From Candidatus Versatilivorator sp. (GTDB lineage Bacteria; Acidobacteriota; Terriglobia; Versatilivoradales; Versatilivoraceae), in NCBI GenBank assembly GCA_965207735.1, contig OZ242296.1:4160001-4224000 (forward strand): a DNA stretch of 64,000 nucleotides, written 5' to 3'. Within the stretch, counting starts at the first letter, position 1. Each line of letters begins with the position of its first letter. Shown piece after piece: positions 17,559 through 27,264 of this stretch. The notes beneath the pieces are model-generated. The model ran no database searches and was not told the DNA's origin. It was given only the letters and a program-made list of their open reading frames with translations. The position numbers and the translations under genes were made by a program.

Positions 17559-20369
17559 TGCCACTGCCTCCACGGCCACACGGGTCAGGTAAGGCGTTGC
17601 ATATCCCCGTCCGGCTTTCAGCGTCGCCCGGTACTGCAGCCAGCGATCTTCCTTCCGGACAGTCAACTCCCCACCTGGTCCCAGCTCCCGCCAGCTTGCT
17701 TGCGCCAGCGCGGCCGAGGTGCTGGCCGTTCGAACTTCGAAGCGCACCTCCGAACCCAGCGGGGTTTCCGCCTGGAAGGACAAAACCAGCTTGGCCGGCC
17801 TCGCGGTCAGCTCGATCGGAACCGACCGGTAGGATTCTCCGGCCTTGCGGCTGGACAGGTTTCCAATGTCGACGTTCTGCATGAAGTGCGGTCCGTGGGC
17901 CGGCAGGTAGCTGCGATTGCGGGTGTGGTAGCCCCGGGGAGATCCCCAGTAGACGAAGCTCTCGTTGCTGTGATTGTCTTCCTTGTAGGTGGTCTTGTGA
18001 TTGAAGACCAGCAAGTCCGGGTGCCCGTCTTCGTCGAAATCCGCGGCCAGCAGCCCGGAAGAGCTTTCCGCCGGCAGATCCGTCCGTCTTTCGGAAGAAA
18101 ATTGGCCGGCGCCATCGTTCCAGAAGAGATAGACGGGCAGATTGCGCCGATCCCTGGAAGCGTACTGCGAAACGGCGATGTCCAGGTCGCCGTCGCGGTC
18201 GAGGTCGGCCACGGCCATGTCGAATGCACCGGCGGTGAGGAACTCGAACCGGTGGGTTTGGGCAAACCCCTCGGCGCTACCCGGGTAGATGCGGATCCAG
18301 GAGTCGTTGCGGTCGAAGGAGTTGTAGGACCGGGTAAGCATCATGTCCAGCCAACCGTCCCCGTCCAGGTCGGCAAACTCGCTGTTGGCCACATAAGCCG
18401 CCTCCACCCAGGCCGACCGATCCAGCGAAAAGCCCCGGCCGTCTCCCAACAACACCCGACTCCTGGAGCCCTGCACGTCGGCCACCAAGACGTCGAGCCG
18501 GCCATCCCGGTTGAAGTCTACCAGCCGGCAGTTCTGGCTGGACTTGGCCACTCCTTCAACCCGCTGGGGATCGGTGGAAACTCCCGCGGCCGAGCCCCAG
18601 GCAATAGCCAGCGAATCGAAGTCGCAAGCCAGGACATCCAGGAAGCCGTCGCGGTTGAGGTCGGCCACGGACCAGGAACCCACCTCCTGCGCGGGAACTT
18701 CCAGTCGGTCCTCCAGGGCGGGGCCGGCGGGACCGCCGCGGTAAATGTAGCTGGCCCCCGCTTGCCCGCTGTAGTGGCGGCCGGAATTGGCCACCAGCAG
18801 CTCGGCGTGATCGTCGTCATCCAGATCCGCCATCAGGGTAGCCATGCCCATCACGCAGGGATAGGCCGTCATGGCGGCAGGACCGTAACCCCGGTGGGGT
18901 CGGCCCCAGTAGACGTAGATCTCTTCTCCCTTTCCGCCCTGAATGCCGCTGCCCGAGTTCCCAAAGAGAAGGTCCGGGCGGCCGTCCCGGTCGATGTCAC
19001 CAGCGGCTACAGCGGTGGCTCCGAAGGTCTGTAGGTCGGTGCGGCTATCCGGCCCGTATCCCCAGGGTTCTCCCCAGTAGACATAGGAGGCAATATCCAG
19101 ATCCCCGTGGGTTCCCTGCAGCTGGTTGGCAAAGACGATCTCGGACCGGCCGTCGCCATTGAGATCGGCAACCGCCACGTCGGTAGCCTCCAGGGTCGGC
19201 AACCACAGGGCCACATCGGTAGACCAGCCTGACTTCCCCCACAAAACGGCGGAGCGGTCGCCGCTTGCCACGACCAGGTCGGTCCGCCCATCCCGATCCA
19301 GATCGGCCAGGACGGCCCGGGCGCCTCCCAGGGCGAGGGTCCTTTTCTCCACCAAACCTCCCGCATCCCAGGAAAACAAGCGCAGGTGCTTCTTGGACAG
19401 GGCCAGCACCACCCTGCCCAGACCCTCGACATCCCCGACACGCACCGACTGCAACTCGGAGACCGAAACCTTGACCACGGCCTCAAGATCCGGCCCTTCG
19501 GGCGAGCCCGGATAGAACCACAGCTCGCCCCGGCCCTGCTCCGATGTGGCGAAGATCAAATCCGGGTAGTCATCTCCGTTCACCTCCCCCAGGGCGCAGC
19601 CGATCGCGGACCGGGTCGGCACCACGCTCCGGTGGTGTGTCCCGTAGCGGTCTCCCGAACCCCAGTAAATGTAGGATCCCTCGTTGATCTTGGGGGGCTT
19701 TCTGCTGCCGGAATTGGCAAAAACGATGTCGGTGTAGCCGTCCCGATTCAGGTCGCCGACCGCCAGATCCCGGGCTCCGACCGTGGGAAGCCCCACCCGT
19801 CTCCGCGTCCGGTACCCGGTAGGATCTCCCCAGTAGATCAGGCTGTCGGTCGAGACGGTGTCTCCGGCTCCCGAGGAGGCAAAAAGAATGTCCGTCGAAC
19901 CGTCCCGGTCCAGATCGTGAAACTGCACGGCGGCGGGACGCTCGACCGGAAATCGGACCACCCAGTCTCGGCTCTTCTCTTCCTGGAGCCACAGGTCGTA
20001 GAGGGCAATGGAACGGTGGACGGGCGAAATGGCGGAACGAAATCCCCGCCTCGTCTGAAGGTAACCCAGCGCATCCACCCCACCCACCATCACGTTATGG
20101 GTATTGCTGAAGACGAACTCGTAGTAACCGTCGTTGTTCAGGTCCCAGCGGTGAATGAGCTGCACGCGCCCGCCTCGGGAGACATAGATGTTTTGACCGG
20201 CATTCTCGAATTCACCCTTGGAGAAAGCCTCGAATCCCTGGTGGACGACCTTGAAGCCTCCATTGCCGGCTGCACCTGTGTCGCCGGACTCATCCGGCCC
20301 CCCTGCCATCCCGCGCGGGGAGACCGCCAGCAAAACGACCAGGCTCAGCATCACCAATGGTTTCATCAT
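17547..20369 (-). CDS. secreted FG-GAP/VCBS repeat beta-propeller protein
   Basis: signal peptide; many D(L/F)(N/D)xDGxxD Ca-binding repeats with SYIYWG motifs. Confidence 0.9.
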   Translation of the reverse strand: MMKPLVMLSLVVLLAVSPRGMAGGPDESGDTGAAGNGGFKVVHQGFEAFSKGEFENAGQNIYVSRGGRVQLIHRWDLNNDGYYEFVFSNTHNVMVGGVDALGYLQTRRGFRSAISPVHRSIALYDLWLQEEKSRDWVVRFPVERPAAVQFHDLDRDGSTDILFASSGAGDTVSTDSLIYWGDPTGYRTRRRVGLPTVGARDLAVGDLNRDGYTDIVFANSGSRKPPKINEGSYIYWGSGDRYGTHHRSVVPTRSAIGCALGEVNGDDYPDLIFATSEQGRGELWFYPGSPEGPDLEAVVKVSVSELQSVRVGDVEGLGRVVLALSKKHLRLFSWDAGGLVEKRTLALGGARAVLADLDRDGRTDLVVASGDRSAVLWGKSGWSTDVALWLPTLEATDVAVADLNGDGRSEIVFANQLQGTHGDLDIASYVYWGEPWGYGPDSRTDLQTFGATAVAAGDIDRDGRPDLLFGNSGSGIQGGKGEEIYVYWGRPHRGYGPAAMTAYPCVMGMATLMADLDDDDHAELLVANSGRHYSGQAGASYIYRGGPAGPALEDRLEVPAQEVGSWSVADLNRDGFLDVLACDFDSLAIAWGSAAGVSTDPQRVEGVAKSSQNCRLVDFNRDGRLDVLVADVQGSRSRVLLGDGRGFSLDRSAWVEAAYVANSEFADLDGDGWLDMMLTRSYNSFDRNDSWIRIYPGSAEGFAQTHRFEFLTAGAFDMAVADLDRDGDLDIAVSQYASRDRRNLPVYLFWNDGAGQFSSERRTDLPAESSSGLLAADFDEDGHPDLLVFNHKTTYKEDNHSNESFVYWGSPRGYHTRNRSYLPAHGPHFMQNVDIGNLSSRKAGESYRSVPIELTARPAKLVLSFQAETPLGSEVRFEVRTASTSAALAQASWRELGPGGELTVRKEDRWLQYRATLKAGRGYATPYLTRVAVEAVASGE

Positions 20370-20463
20370 GACCAATACCTCACGCTCAAATTCGATTCCG
20401 TAGTAGATTATGGGTGGAGTCGGCAATGCCCGTTGCGCCGCCGGCGTCCGATCGGGAGATTCC

Positions 20464-21405
20464 ATGAGCGAAAAACTCGACATCCATCCCGCCTCTTCCG
20501 AGGAACGGCTGCGGATCTATGAGAACATCTTTGAGTTCTGGCCCATGGCTCCTTCCCTGGAAGAGCATCTTCGACTCCGATTGGAGTCCGCCAAACACCA
20601 ACGGGCCCAGTGGTACGCCGGATGCCTGGGCGGCAAGGTGGTGGCTTCGCTAGGCTGCCATCCTTTGAAATATCACCTCGACGGCCGGGAGGTGGACGGC
20701 TTCTCCATCGCATCGGTTCACACCCGACCCGAATATCGGCGCCGGGGTTTTGCCGCTGCAGTCATGGATTGGGCGGAACGCGACCGGAAGAAGCAGGGAG
20801 CCCGACTCAGTTCTCTCTACTCCGACATCGATCCGGGCTACTACGCCAAGCAGGGTTACCTGGGCTGTCCTTCCTGGAACGCCCGGACGGCACCCGGTCC
20901 GGTGTCCCCCGGAACCGGGGAGCAATCCTGGGTCTTGCATCGATTTTCCGCTTCTCAGGCCTTACCGGAGCTTCAAGGCTTCTACCGCGCCTATCACGGA
21001 TCCTACCCCCTGGCCGTGGCGCGCTCGCTCGACTACTGGAAATACACCTTGCTCAAGCAACCTGGGGATGACTTCTACTGGTTGAAAGACCCGGATTTGC
21101 GAACCCAGGGCTACGTGCGGATGACAGAGATGGACGGAGACTGGCAAATCAGCGATTTCGCGGTCAGGCGGGAACGGTCCGACTCCCTCCACCTGCTGTT
21201 CAGGCTGGTCATCGACCTGGCGGGGAAAACAGGGAAGACCGAGGTTCGAGGATGGCTGCCCGACGAGCCAGCCATCCGGTCCCTGTTCGACCTTCAACCC
21301 CGAACCGAATCCGTCACCATGGTCAAACCCCTGGACGCCGGCTTGAAGATCGGGGAGAGGCACCTGGCGACCGCCGACCGATTCTGCAAGATCGACCACG
21401 TCTGA
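20464..21405 (+). CDS. GNAT family N-acetyltransferase
   Basis: IASVHTRPEYRRRGFA; LYSDIDPGYYAKQGY. Confidence 0.88.
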   Translation: MSEKLDIHPASSEERLRIYENIFEFWPMAPSLEEHLRLRLESAKHQRAQWYAGCLGGKVVASLGCHPLKYHLDGREVDGFSIASVHTRPEYRRRGFAAAVMDWAERDRKKQGARLSSLYSDIDPGYYAKQGYLGCPSWNARTAPGPVSPGTGEQSWVLHRFSASQALPELQGFYRAYHGSYPLAVARSLDYWKYTLLKQPGDDFYWLKDPDLRTQGYVRMTEMDGDWQISDFAVRRERSDSLHLLFRLVIDLAGKTGKTEVRGWLPDEPAIRSLFDLQPRTESVTMVKPLDAGLKIGERHLATADRFCKIDHV

Positions 21406-21678
21406 CCCGGACCCATTCACCCGCCCAGATAGGGCGGACGCGGGCCCATTCCAACGCGGACCTCCAGATCCCTCTTCCAGTCCTCCAGATCCGGACCCTT
21501 GATGCCCTGTGCCCGGCTGCGGAGGGAAGCCATCTGTTGAGGCGAATAGGGCTGAACTCCCGGGCAATCTCAAGCTGCGGGCATGGAGTGGATTATAATA
21601 CCGAAACGGCCTTGAGGTCACTGTTTCCGGCCGGTTTTGCCGGTGTCGTTCCCTATGCCAACCCATCCCCGGAAACCT

Positions 21679-22662
21679 ATGGCAAATCGTTCACCCAGCC
21701 TCTCCATCACCGACACCATCGGCAATACCCCTCTGGTCGAGCTCAAGCGCACGGGGAGCATCCTGGGGCTTCGGGGACGCCTATTGGCCAAGCTGGAGTA
21801 TTTCAACCCGGGATTCAGCAAGAAGGATCGGATTGCGCTGGAGATGATTCGAGAGGCTAGGCGGGACGGCTCGCTTCGTCCGGGACAAACGGTGGTGGAA
21901 CTCACCAGCGGAAACACAGGCACCGGCCTGGCCATTGTTTGCCGGGCTCGGGGACATCCCTTCGTCGCGGTCATGTCGCGTGGAAACACCCCCGAGAGAG
22001 CACGGATGATGCGGGCTCTGGGCGCGGAGGTAGTGCTGGTAGACCAGGCTCCGGGTTCTCCTCCCAACCAGGTCTCCGGCGAGGATCTGGCCTTGGTGGA
22101 AAAGAGAACCGGCCAACTGGTCCGGGAGCGCCAGGCTTTTCGAGCCAACCAGTTCGAGCTGAAATCCAACGCACTGGCCCACGAACGCTTCACGGGTCCC
22201 GAACTGTGGGAACAGTCCGGTGGCTACATCGACGTGTTCCTGGATTTCGTGGGCTCGGGCGGAAGCTTCAGCGGTGTGACCCGCTATCTGAAAGGGCAAA
22301 AACCCGAAATTCGCGCCTACATCGTGGAGCCCGCCGGAGCGGCCGTGCTGGCCGGGAAAGCGGTCAAGCGTTCCAACCACCAGCTACAGGGCGGTGGATA
22401 CAGCCTTGCCGATCTCCCGCTTGTGGATCGAAACCTGGTGAGCGGCTACCTTCAGGTCACCGATGACGAGGCAATTGCAGCCGCCAGGATGCTGGCTGCA
22501 GAGGAAGGGATATTCGGAGGTTTCTCGTCGGGGGCTAATCTGGCCGCGGCCATTCAACTGCTACAAAAGAAGGAGAAAGGGGCCACCGTCGCTTTCCTGG
22601 TCTGCGACAGTGGCTTGAAATACTTGAGCACTCCCCTTCACCCCGACCTGGAGACCGCTTAG
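21679..22662 (+). CDS. PLP-dependent cysteine synthase family protein
   Basis: IGNTPLVEL, KLEYFNPGFSKKDR, ELTSGNTG, GSGGS, SSGANL. Confidence 0.9.
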   Translation: MANRSPSLSITDTIGNTPLVELKRTGSILGLRGRLLAKLEYFNPGFSKKDRIALEMIREARRDGSLRPGQTVVELTSGNTGTGLAIVCRARGHPFVAVMSRGNTPERARMMRALGAEVVLVDQAPGSPPNQVSGEDLALVEKRTGQLVRERQAFRANQFELKSNALAHERFTGPELWEQSGGYIDVFLDFVGSGGSFSGVTRYLKGQKPEIRAYIVEPAGAAVLAGKAVKRSNHQLQGGGYSLADLPLVDRNLVSGYLQVTDDEAIAAARMLAAEEGIFGGFSSGANLAAAIQLLQKKEKGATVAFLVCDSGLKYLSTPLHPDLETA

Positions 22663-22669
22663 AGTCCAC

Positions 22670-22930
22670 TTACTTCTTGTACCAGTCGGCGTTGATCTCC
22701 AGGTACTCGCTCCACTGTTCGGGAAGGTCGTCTTCAGCGAAAATAGCCTCCACCGGACAGGCAGGGACGCAGGCGTTGCAGTCGATACACTCGTCCGGAT
22801 CGATGTATAGCTGCACGGCACCCTCAAATTCATCCTCGTCGGTCTTCGGGTGGATGCAATCCACGGGACAGACGTCCACGCAGGCTGTATCTTTGGTTCC
22901 GATACAGGGCTCGGCAATCACGTAAGCCAT
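22670..22930 (-). CDS. ferredoxin, 7Fe-type (copy 2)
   Basis: CIGTKDTACVDVCPVDC and CIDCNACVPACP; AAGGAGG RBS. Confidence 0.93.
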   Translation of the reverse strand: MAYVIAEPCIGTKDTACVDVCPVDCIHPKTDEDEFEGAVQLYIDPDECIDCNACVPACPVEAIFAEDDLPEQWSEYLEINADWYKK

Positions 22931-23023
22931 GATCGATTTCCTCCTTGTTTCAGCTCCGGGAGCATGAGGTTCACAATGTTGGAGGGGTAAGCCCACCCCC
23001 ATCCCGTCGTCAAGCGAAAGCGC

Positions 23024-23284
23024 TCACTTCTGGTACCAGTCAGCGTTGATTTCAAGGTACTCGTTCCACTGATCCGGAAGATCTTCTTCGGCGAAGATGG
23101 CTTCCACCGGACAGGCAGGAACACAGGCACCGCAGTCGATGCATTCTTCAGGATCGATGTAGAGCTGCTCGGCCTCTTCGAACCCACCTTCATCGGACTT
23201 GGGATGAATGCAATCCACCGGACACACATCCACACAGGCAGTGTCCTTGGTTCCAATGCAGGGCTCGGTGATGATGTAGGTCAT
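23024..23284 (-). CDS. ferredoxin, 7Fe-type (copy 1)
   Basis: CIGTKDTACVDVCPVDC and CIDCGACVPACP; GAGGAG RBS. Confidence 0.93.
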   Translation of the reverse strand: MTYIITEPCIGTKDTACVDVCPVDCIHPKSDEGGFEEAEQLYIDPEECIDCGACVPACPVEAIFAEEDLPDQWNEYLEINADWYQK

Positions 23285-23569
23285 GCCAAACTCCTCTTAA
23301 AAAATGATGCCTTCAGGAACATTTCAGGAAACCCGACGTTCGACCCTGGCCGACTGTCGCCTAAAGGTATCTGCCAGGAAAGGACTCTTGTCAACCAAAA
23401 CTTTAGCCGCCAGGCGGGAAGCGCGATTTCCTGCAGCCGGCAATACCGGCAAACAACAGAAAAATAGTAACATGGGCGGAAATCCCAATCAATCTCATCT
23501 TGGGCGTCCGACCGGATTTTACCCTTCCCGACGATACCGCGGCCCGGCACTCCCGAGCACTCCACTATT

Positions 23570-23635
23570 GCTCCCTTCTTGAGGGGGAGTCGCAGAAGCC
23601 GGGCTGCAGCCGAAGGCTAACGCGGTGGGGGCGGA
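23570..23635. repeat. single degenerate copy of the 591-674 REP-like unit
   Basis: ctcccttcttgagggggagtcg. Confidence 0.65.
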
Positions 23636-23659
23636 CGACGGCCGGGTTCGGGTCCCAGT

Positions 23660-24046
23660 TCACCCCTCGCTGGGATGGCGAGCCTCGATGGTGCTCTTCA
23701 TGCCGCCGCGCACGTTGAATTCGCCTCGAACCACCGCCCGCACAGGCTGACAGGCCTCAACCACGTCGCGCAGGATTCGATTCACGGCATTCTCGTAAAA
23801 GATGCCCAGGGATCGGTACCCGAGGATGTAACTCTTGAAGGACTTGAGTTCCAGGCAGACCCGGTCGGGCACGTAACTCAGGGTGACGGTGCCGAAGTCA
23901 GGCAGGTTGGTCTTGGGACAAATGGACGTATATTCCGGCACCTGGATCGTAATCTCGTAGTCTCGAAACTGGTTGGGCCACACCTCCAGCTTGGGAAGCA
24001 CCGCATCGATTCCGGACTTGGCATGATCCGGGGTGTATTCAGCCAT
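23660..24046 (-). CDS. queF: preQ1 synthase (NADPH-dependent 7-cyano-7-deazaguanine reductase)
   Basis: PEYTSICPKTNLPDFG, ELKSFKSY, FYEN, FNVRGG. Confidence 0.95.
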   Translation of the reverse strand: MAEYTPDHAKSGIDAVLPKLEVWPNQFRDYEITIQVPEYTSICPKTNLPDFGTVTLSYVPDRVCLELKSFKSYILGYRSLGIFYENAVNRILRDVVEACQPVRAVVRGEFNVRGGMKSTIEARHPSEG

Positions 24047-24629
24047 CGGAGTTCTCCTCCAGCAACCGGCCGGCCATGGCTGAAACCTCGGGGAGGGTGT
24101 TGGCTCCCACAAACTTTCCGGCCAGCCTGCCCTGGGGATCGATGACAAAGAAGGTGGGCAGGGTGGCCACGTCACCCAATGGGTCCAGGTCGACCAGCGT
24201 ACGCAGTAGAAAGGCGGGAGGGGGGTGGGGAACGGCCACCCTGTAATTGATCTCGGGATGCCTCTCCAGGAAAGGATCCAGATCTTCCCAGCCTCCACGG
24301 TCCACACTCAACCCCAACAGATCGAAAGGCGCTGCCCTAAACCTCTCTGCCAGCGCCACCAGACGCGGAATGCCCTCAACGCAGGGAGGACACCAACTGG
24401 CCCAGACGTCCACCACCACCACCCGCCCGGAAAAGTCACCGATATCCTCGACTCCGCGCCGGGTTTCAAAGTGAAATCCGCCGACATCCGGACGGGAGGC
24501 GGGGTCTGCATAACGCCCGGCCATCCGGCCGCTCCGGATCCGTGGCGCCACCTGAAAGTGGTAGTAGGCAAGGGCCGAGCCCAGCAGGATGATTCCAGCC
24601 ACTCCCAATGCCAGCGGCAACCGTTTCAT
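24039..24629 (-). CDS. TlpA-family thioredoxin-like disulfide reductase
   Basis: N-terminal TM helix; VWASWCPPC; LPTFFVIDPQG. Confidence 0.9.
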   Translation of the reverse strand: MKRLPLALGVAGIILLGSALAYYHFQVAPRIRSGRMAGRYADPASRPDVGGFHFETRRGVEDIGDFSGRVVVVDVWASWCPPCVEGIPRLVALAERFRAAPFDLLGLSVDRGGWEDLDPFLERHPEINYRVAVPHPPPAFLLRTLVDLDPLGDVATLPTFFVIDPQGRLAGKFVGANTLPEVSAMAGRLLEENSDG

Positions 24630-26035
24630 GGGGCGAGACCCGTTTCCTGGGACAACTCCCGCCTGAGCAGGTCCAGCGCATGGGTCACCAGTCGATCCCT
24701 GCGCAGCCGGCGGCCCTTTCTCACGTTGATCCTGCGGGAGGCGAAGCCTGTCCTGACCGACCCGGCGGATATCCAGACGGACGCCGCCCCGCTCTCTTCC
24801 AGACCCACCGGACCCACCACCAGTCCCCAAGCCTCCGCTTCCTTTTCCGCCGCTCGTTTCGCCAGCATGCTGACGACCCGCTCCGGTGAAGCGGCCGTGG
24901 TCGCTTCGCCCCTGCCGCCCAACAATCGGCTCAAGGCCTGAGGACTCCCGGCCGCATAGGCTCCGGCGAAACGGGAAGAATCCCTCCGCCCCGCCAGCAG
25001 ACTGGAGGAAACGGCTCCTCCGCTGGCGATTTCCCCCAGCACCAGGGATATCTCTCGCTGCAGCAGCAGTTGCCAGATCCGATCCTCCAGCGAAGCACCG
25101 GCGTCGGAATACATGTACTCCCCGACGTGATCGAGAAGCTCACCTTGCAGAGCCCTCAGGCGCTCCAGTTCCTGAGGCGAGTTGCCGGGAAAGGAGAAGG
25201 TGATATCGACGCGGTTGGAGTTGAAGGAAGACCAGACCGCCAATTCCCCCGGCAACTTCAAATGGTCGCGAATCACCCGGTCGATGCTGGATTGGCCGAT
25301 ACCTGCAAAACGCATGGTCAGAGAATGGCCGACCTTGCGCAGCCCGAAACGCTCCGACAGATAGGGCACCAGCTCGTTCCTGACCATGGGTTGAAGCTCG
25401 CGCGGAGGCCCCGGCAACGCCGCTATCACTTGCTGGCCATCGTCGAAAACCAACCCCACGGCGGTTCCGTTGGGATTGGGCAGGTAGGTCCCCTTCTCGG
25501 GGGCCAGCGCCTGCCCGCGCAAGACGGGCCGCAGGATTCCCTTTTCCCCACCGTATCTCCGCTTGAGATCGTTCAAGGCTCCGGGATGCTCCTTGAGGGA
25601 GATGGCAGTGTAGTCGGAGAGCACTACGCGGGTGATGTCCTGACTGGTGGGACCCAGACCGCCGGTGGTCAGGACCAGGGGAGCCTTGCCGCGGGCGAAA
25701 TCCAGGGCCTGTTGCAGGTCGGTCTGAAGGTCTCCGATGCTCATCGAACCCAGGCAGCGATATCCCAAGGGACCCAAGGTGCGGGTGATGAACTGGGTAT
25801 GCCGATCGGCATAGACGCCCTGGAGCAGCTCGCTACCGGTCACGATGATGAAGTAGTCCAGACTCTCCCGGCTTACCCCTTCGGCCGAGGCCCCTGCGGC
25901 GACAGCCTCGGGGCGGCCTCCCACCGAAACCAGGACCAGTAGAGCGACAGACAGCCACTTCGGGCCGGCGATTGTCCCCGGACCGTATTTCTCGCCGGGT
26001 CGCTGGAGATATTGTGAAAGACTATTTATTTTCAT
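24626..26035 (-). CDS. divergent CinA-like protein (MoCF-biosynthesis-like domain and degenerate PncC domain) with a hydrophobic N-terminal extension
   Basis: TGSELLQG, TTGGLGPT, NPNGTAVG, LPGPPRELQPM; C-terminal GEIASGG in place of AESCTGG. Confidence 0.8.
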   Translation of the reverse strand: MKINSLSQYLQRPGEKYGPGTIAGPKWLSVALLVLVSVGGRPEAVAAGASAEGVSRESLDYFIIVTGSELLQGVYADRHTQFITRTLGPLGYRCLGSMSIGDLQTDLQQALDFARGKAPLVLTTGGLGPTSQDITRVVLSDYTAISLKEHPGALNDLKRRYGGEKGILRPVLRGQALAPEKGTYLPNPNGTAVGLVFDDGQQVIAALPGPPRELQPMVRNELVPYLSERFGLRKVGHSLTMRFAGIGQSSIDRVIRDHLKLPGELAVWSSFNSNRVDITFSFPGNSPQELERLRALQGELLDHVGEYMYSDAGASLEDRIWQLLLQREISLVLGEIASGGAVSSSLLAGRRDSSRFAGAYAAGSPQALSRLLGGRGEATTAASPERVVSMLAKRAAEKEAEAWGLVVGPVGLEESGAASVWISAGSVRTGFASRRINVRKGRRLRRDRLVTHALDLLRRELSQETGLAP

Positions 26036-26062
26036 TGCCTTATTGGCCTTGTTTTGCCCGCT

Positions 26063-27190
26063 TCAACTTCCCGCCAGAGCCGCCAGCAAGCGGTCCACGT
26101 CCCGGCTGTCGTTGTAGAGGTGTCCGGAAATCCGCACCCGGCCCAGCTCGCCCCAGACCAGGATTCCCCGGCTCCTCAGATGATCATGTATCTTCCCGGC
26201 TTCTTCAGACAGAAAGCAGGTGTTTCCGGAACGAGCCGAGGGCTCCCCGGGCGTGATTACGGTGTGTCCCAGCCGCTCCAGGCCGGCCGCGATCCTTGCC
26301 GACAACTGCCGGGCATGTTCCTGAATGCGATCCATCCCCGTGCTCAGCAGCACATCCAGAGCATTGTTCAAGAACATCACCGACACCAGGCTGGGGTTGC
26401 CGGGCTCCATCTTCTCCGGCATGGGCCTGATCGGAACCTCCGGGAGAACTTCCATGCGTTCCTCCGGCCAGGCCACCAGGTTGCGCCAGCCGAAGCAGGT
26501 TGCGGCCGTGCGACTCTCGGCCCTGGGGCTCAGATAGCAGGGAGCCACCCCATGGGTGGCCAGCATCCACTTGTAGGAACTGCTCACGCACAGGTCGGTC
26601 ACGCCTGCCGGAACCTCCACCACGCCCGAGCCATGGGTGGCGTCCACGGCCAGCAGCACACCTCGCCGAGAGGCCCCCTCCGCCAGGCGCTGCAAGTCCA
26701 GGCACTGGCCGGTGTAGAAGCTCACCTGGCTAACGGCCAGCACCCGGGTGCGGGCGTCCATGGCCCCCAGCAGATCCTCCTCCCTGACCTTCCAGCGGCG
26801 ATGGGGAACCCGTCGGACCGCCACGCCCTCCGCCTCCAGCGATTTCCAGGCGTAGCCCACCGAAGGAAACTCGAGGCTGGTGGTCACGATGTTGTCCCCG
26901 GCACTCCAATCGAGACCTCGCGCCAGCCAGTTCATCCCCTCTGCCGACGAGGGCATGAAGGCCACCCGGTCGGCTGGGACGTTCCACAACCGGGCCACCT
27001 TCTTCCGGCAGGCCTCGGTCCGGGCGGCCACCTCCCCCCGCCCTTCGTACCCCCGACTCTTCAAGCGGGCGAAATCGGCGTAGACCGACTGGTGGCTCTT
27101 CATCCAGGGAGCCTCCCCACCCGTGCAGAGGTGGGTCACTCCTTCCAGTCCGACGAAGGCATCCGGAGAAATGAGCGGTTCGATCTTCAT
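26063..27190 (-). CDS. class V PLP-dependent aminotransferase-fold enzyme
   Basis: LEFPS, VDATH, SSSYKW, RISGHLYN. Confidence 0.9.
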   Translation of the reverse strand: MKIEPLISPDAFVGLEGVTHLCTGGEAPWMKSHQSVYADFARLKSRGYEGRGEVAARTEACRKKVARLWNVPADRVAFMPSSAEGMNWLARGLDWSAGDNIVTTSLEFPSVGYAWKSLEAEGVAVRRVPHRRWKVREEDLLGAMDARTRVLAVSQVSFYTGQCLDLQRLAEGASRRGVLLAVDATHGSGVVEVPAGVTDLCVSSSYKWMLATHGVAPCYLSPRAESRTAATCFGWRNLVAWPEERMEVLPEVPIRPMPEKMEPGNPSLVSVMFLNNALDVLLSTGMDRIQEHARQLSARIAAGLERLGHTVITPGEPSARSGNTCFLSEEAGKIHDHLRSRGILVWGELGRVRISGHLYNDSRDVDRLLAALAGS

Positions 27191-27264
27191 TGGGGTCTCA
27201 GTGGATCAGGGTGGCAACGGCCGCCGGAATGGCCGCAAGCGCCGCACCCGTGGGCGCCTGCGAA

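Noticed and set aside
23660-24046. QueF as part of a 7-deazaguanine DNA-modification island
   Set aside because: No dpdA/tgt-like, queC, queD or queE neighbours; consistent with tRNA queuosine synthesis
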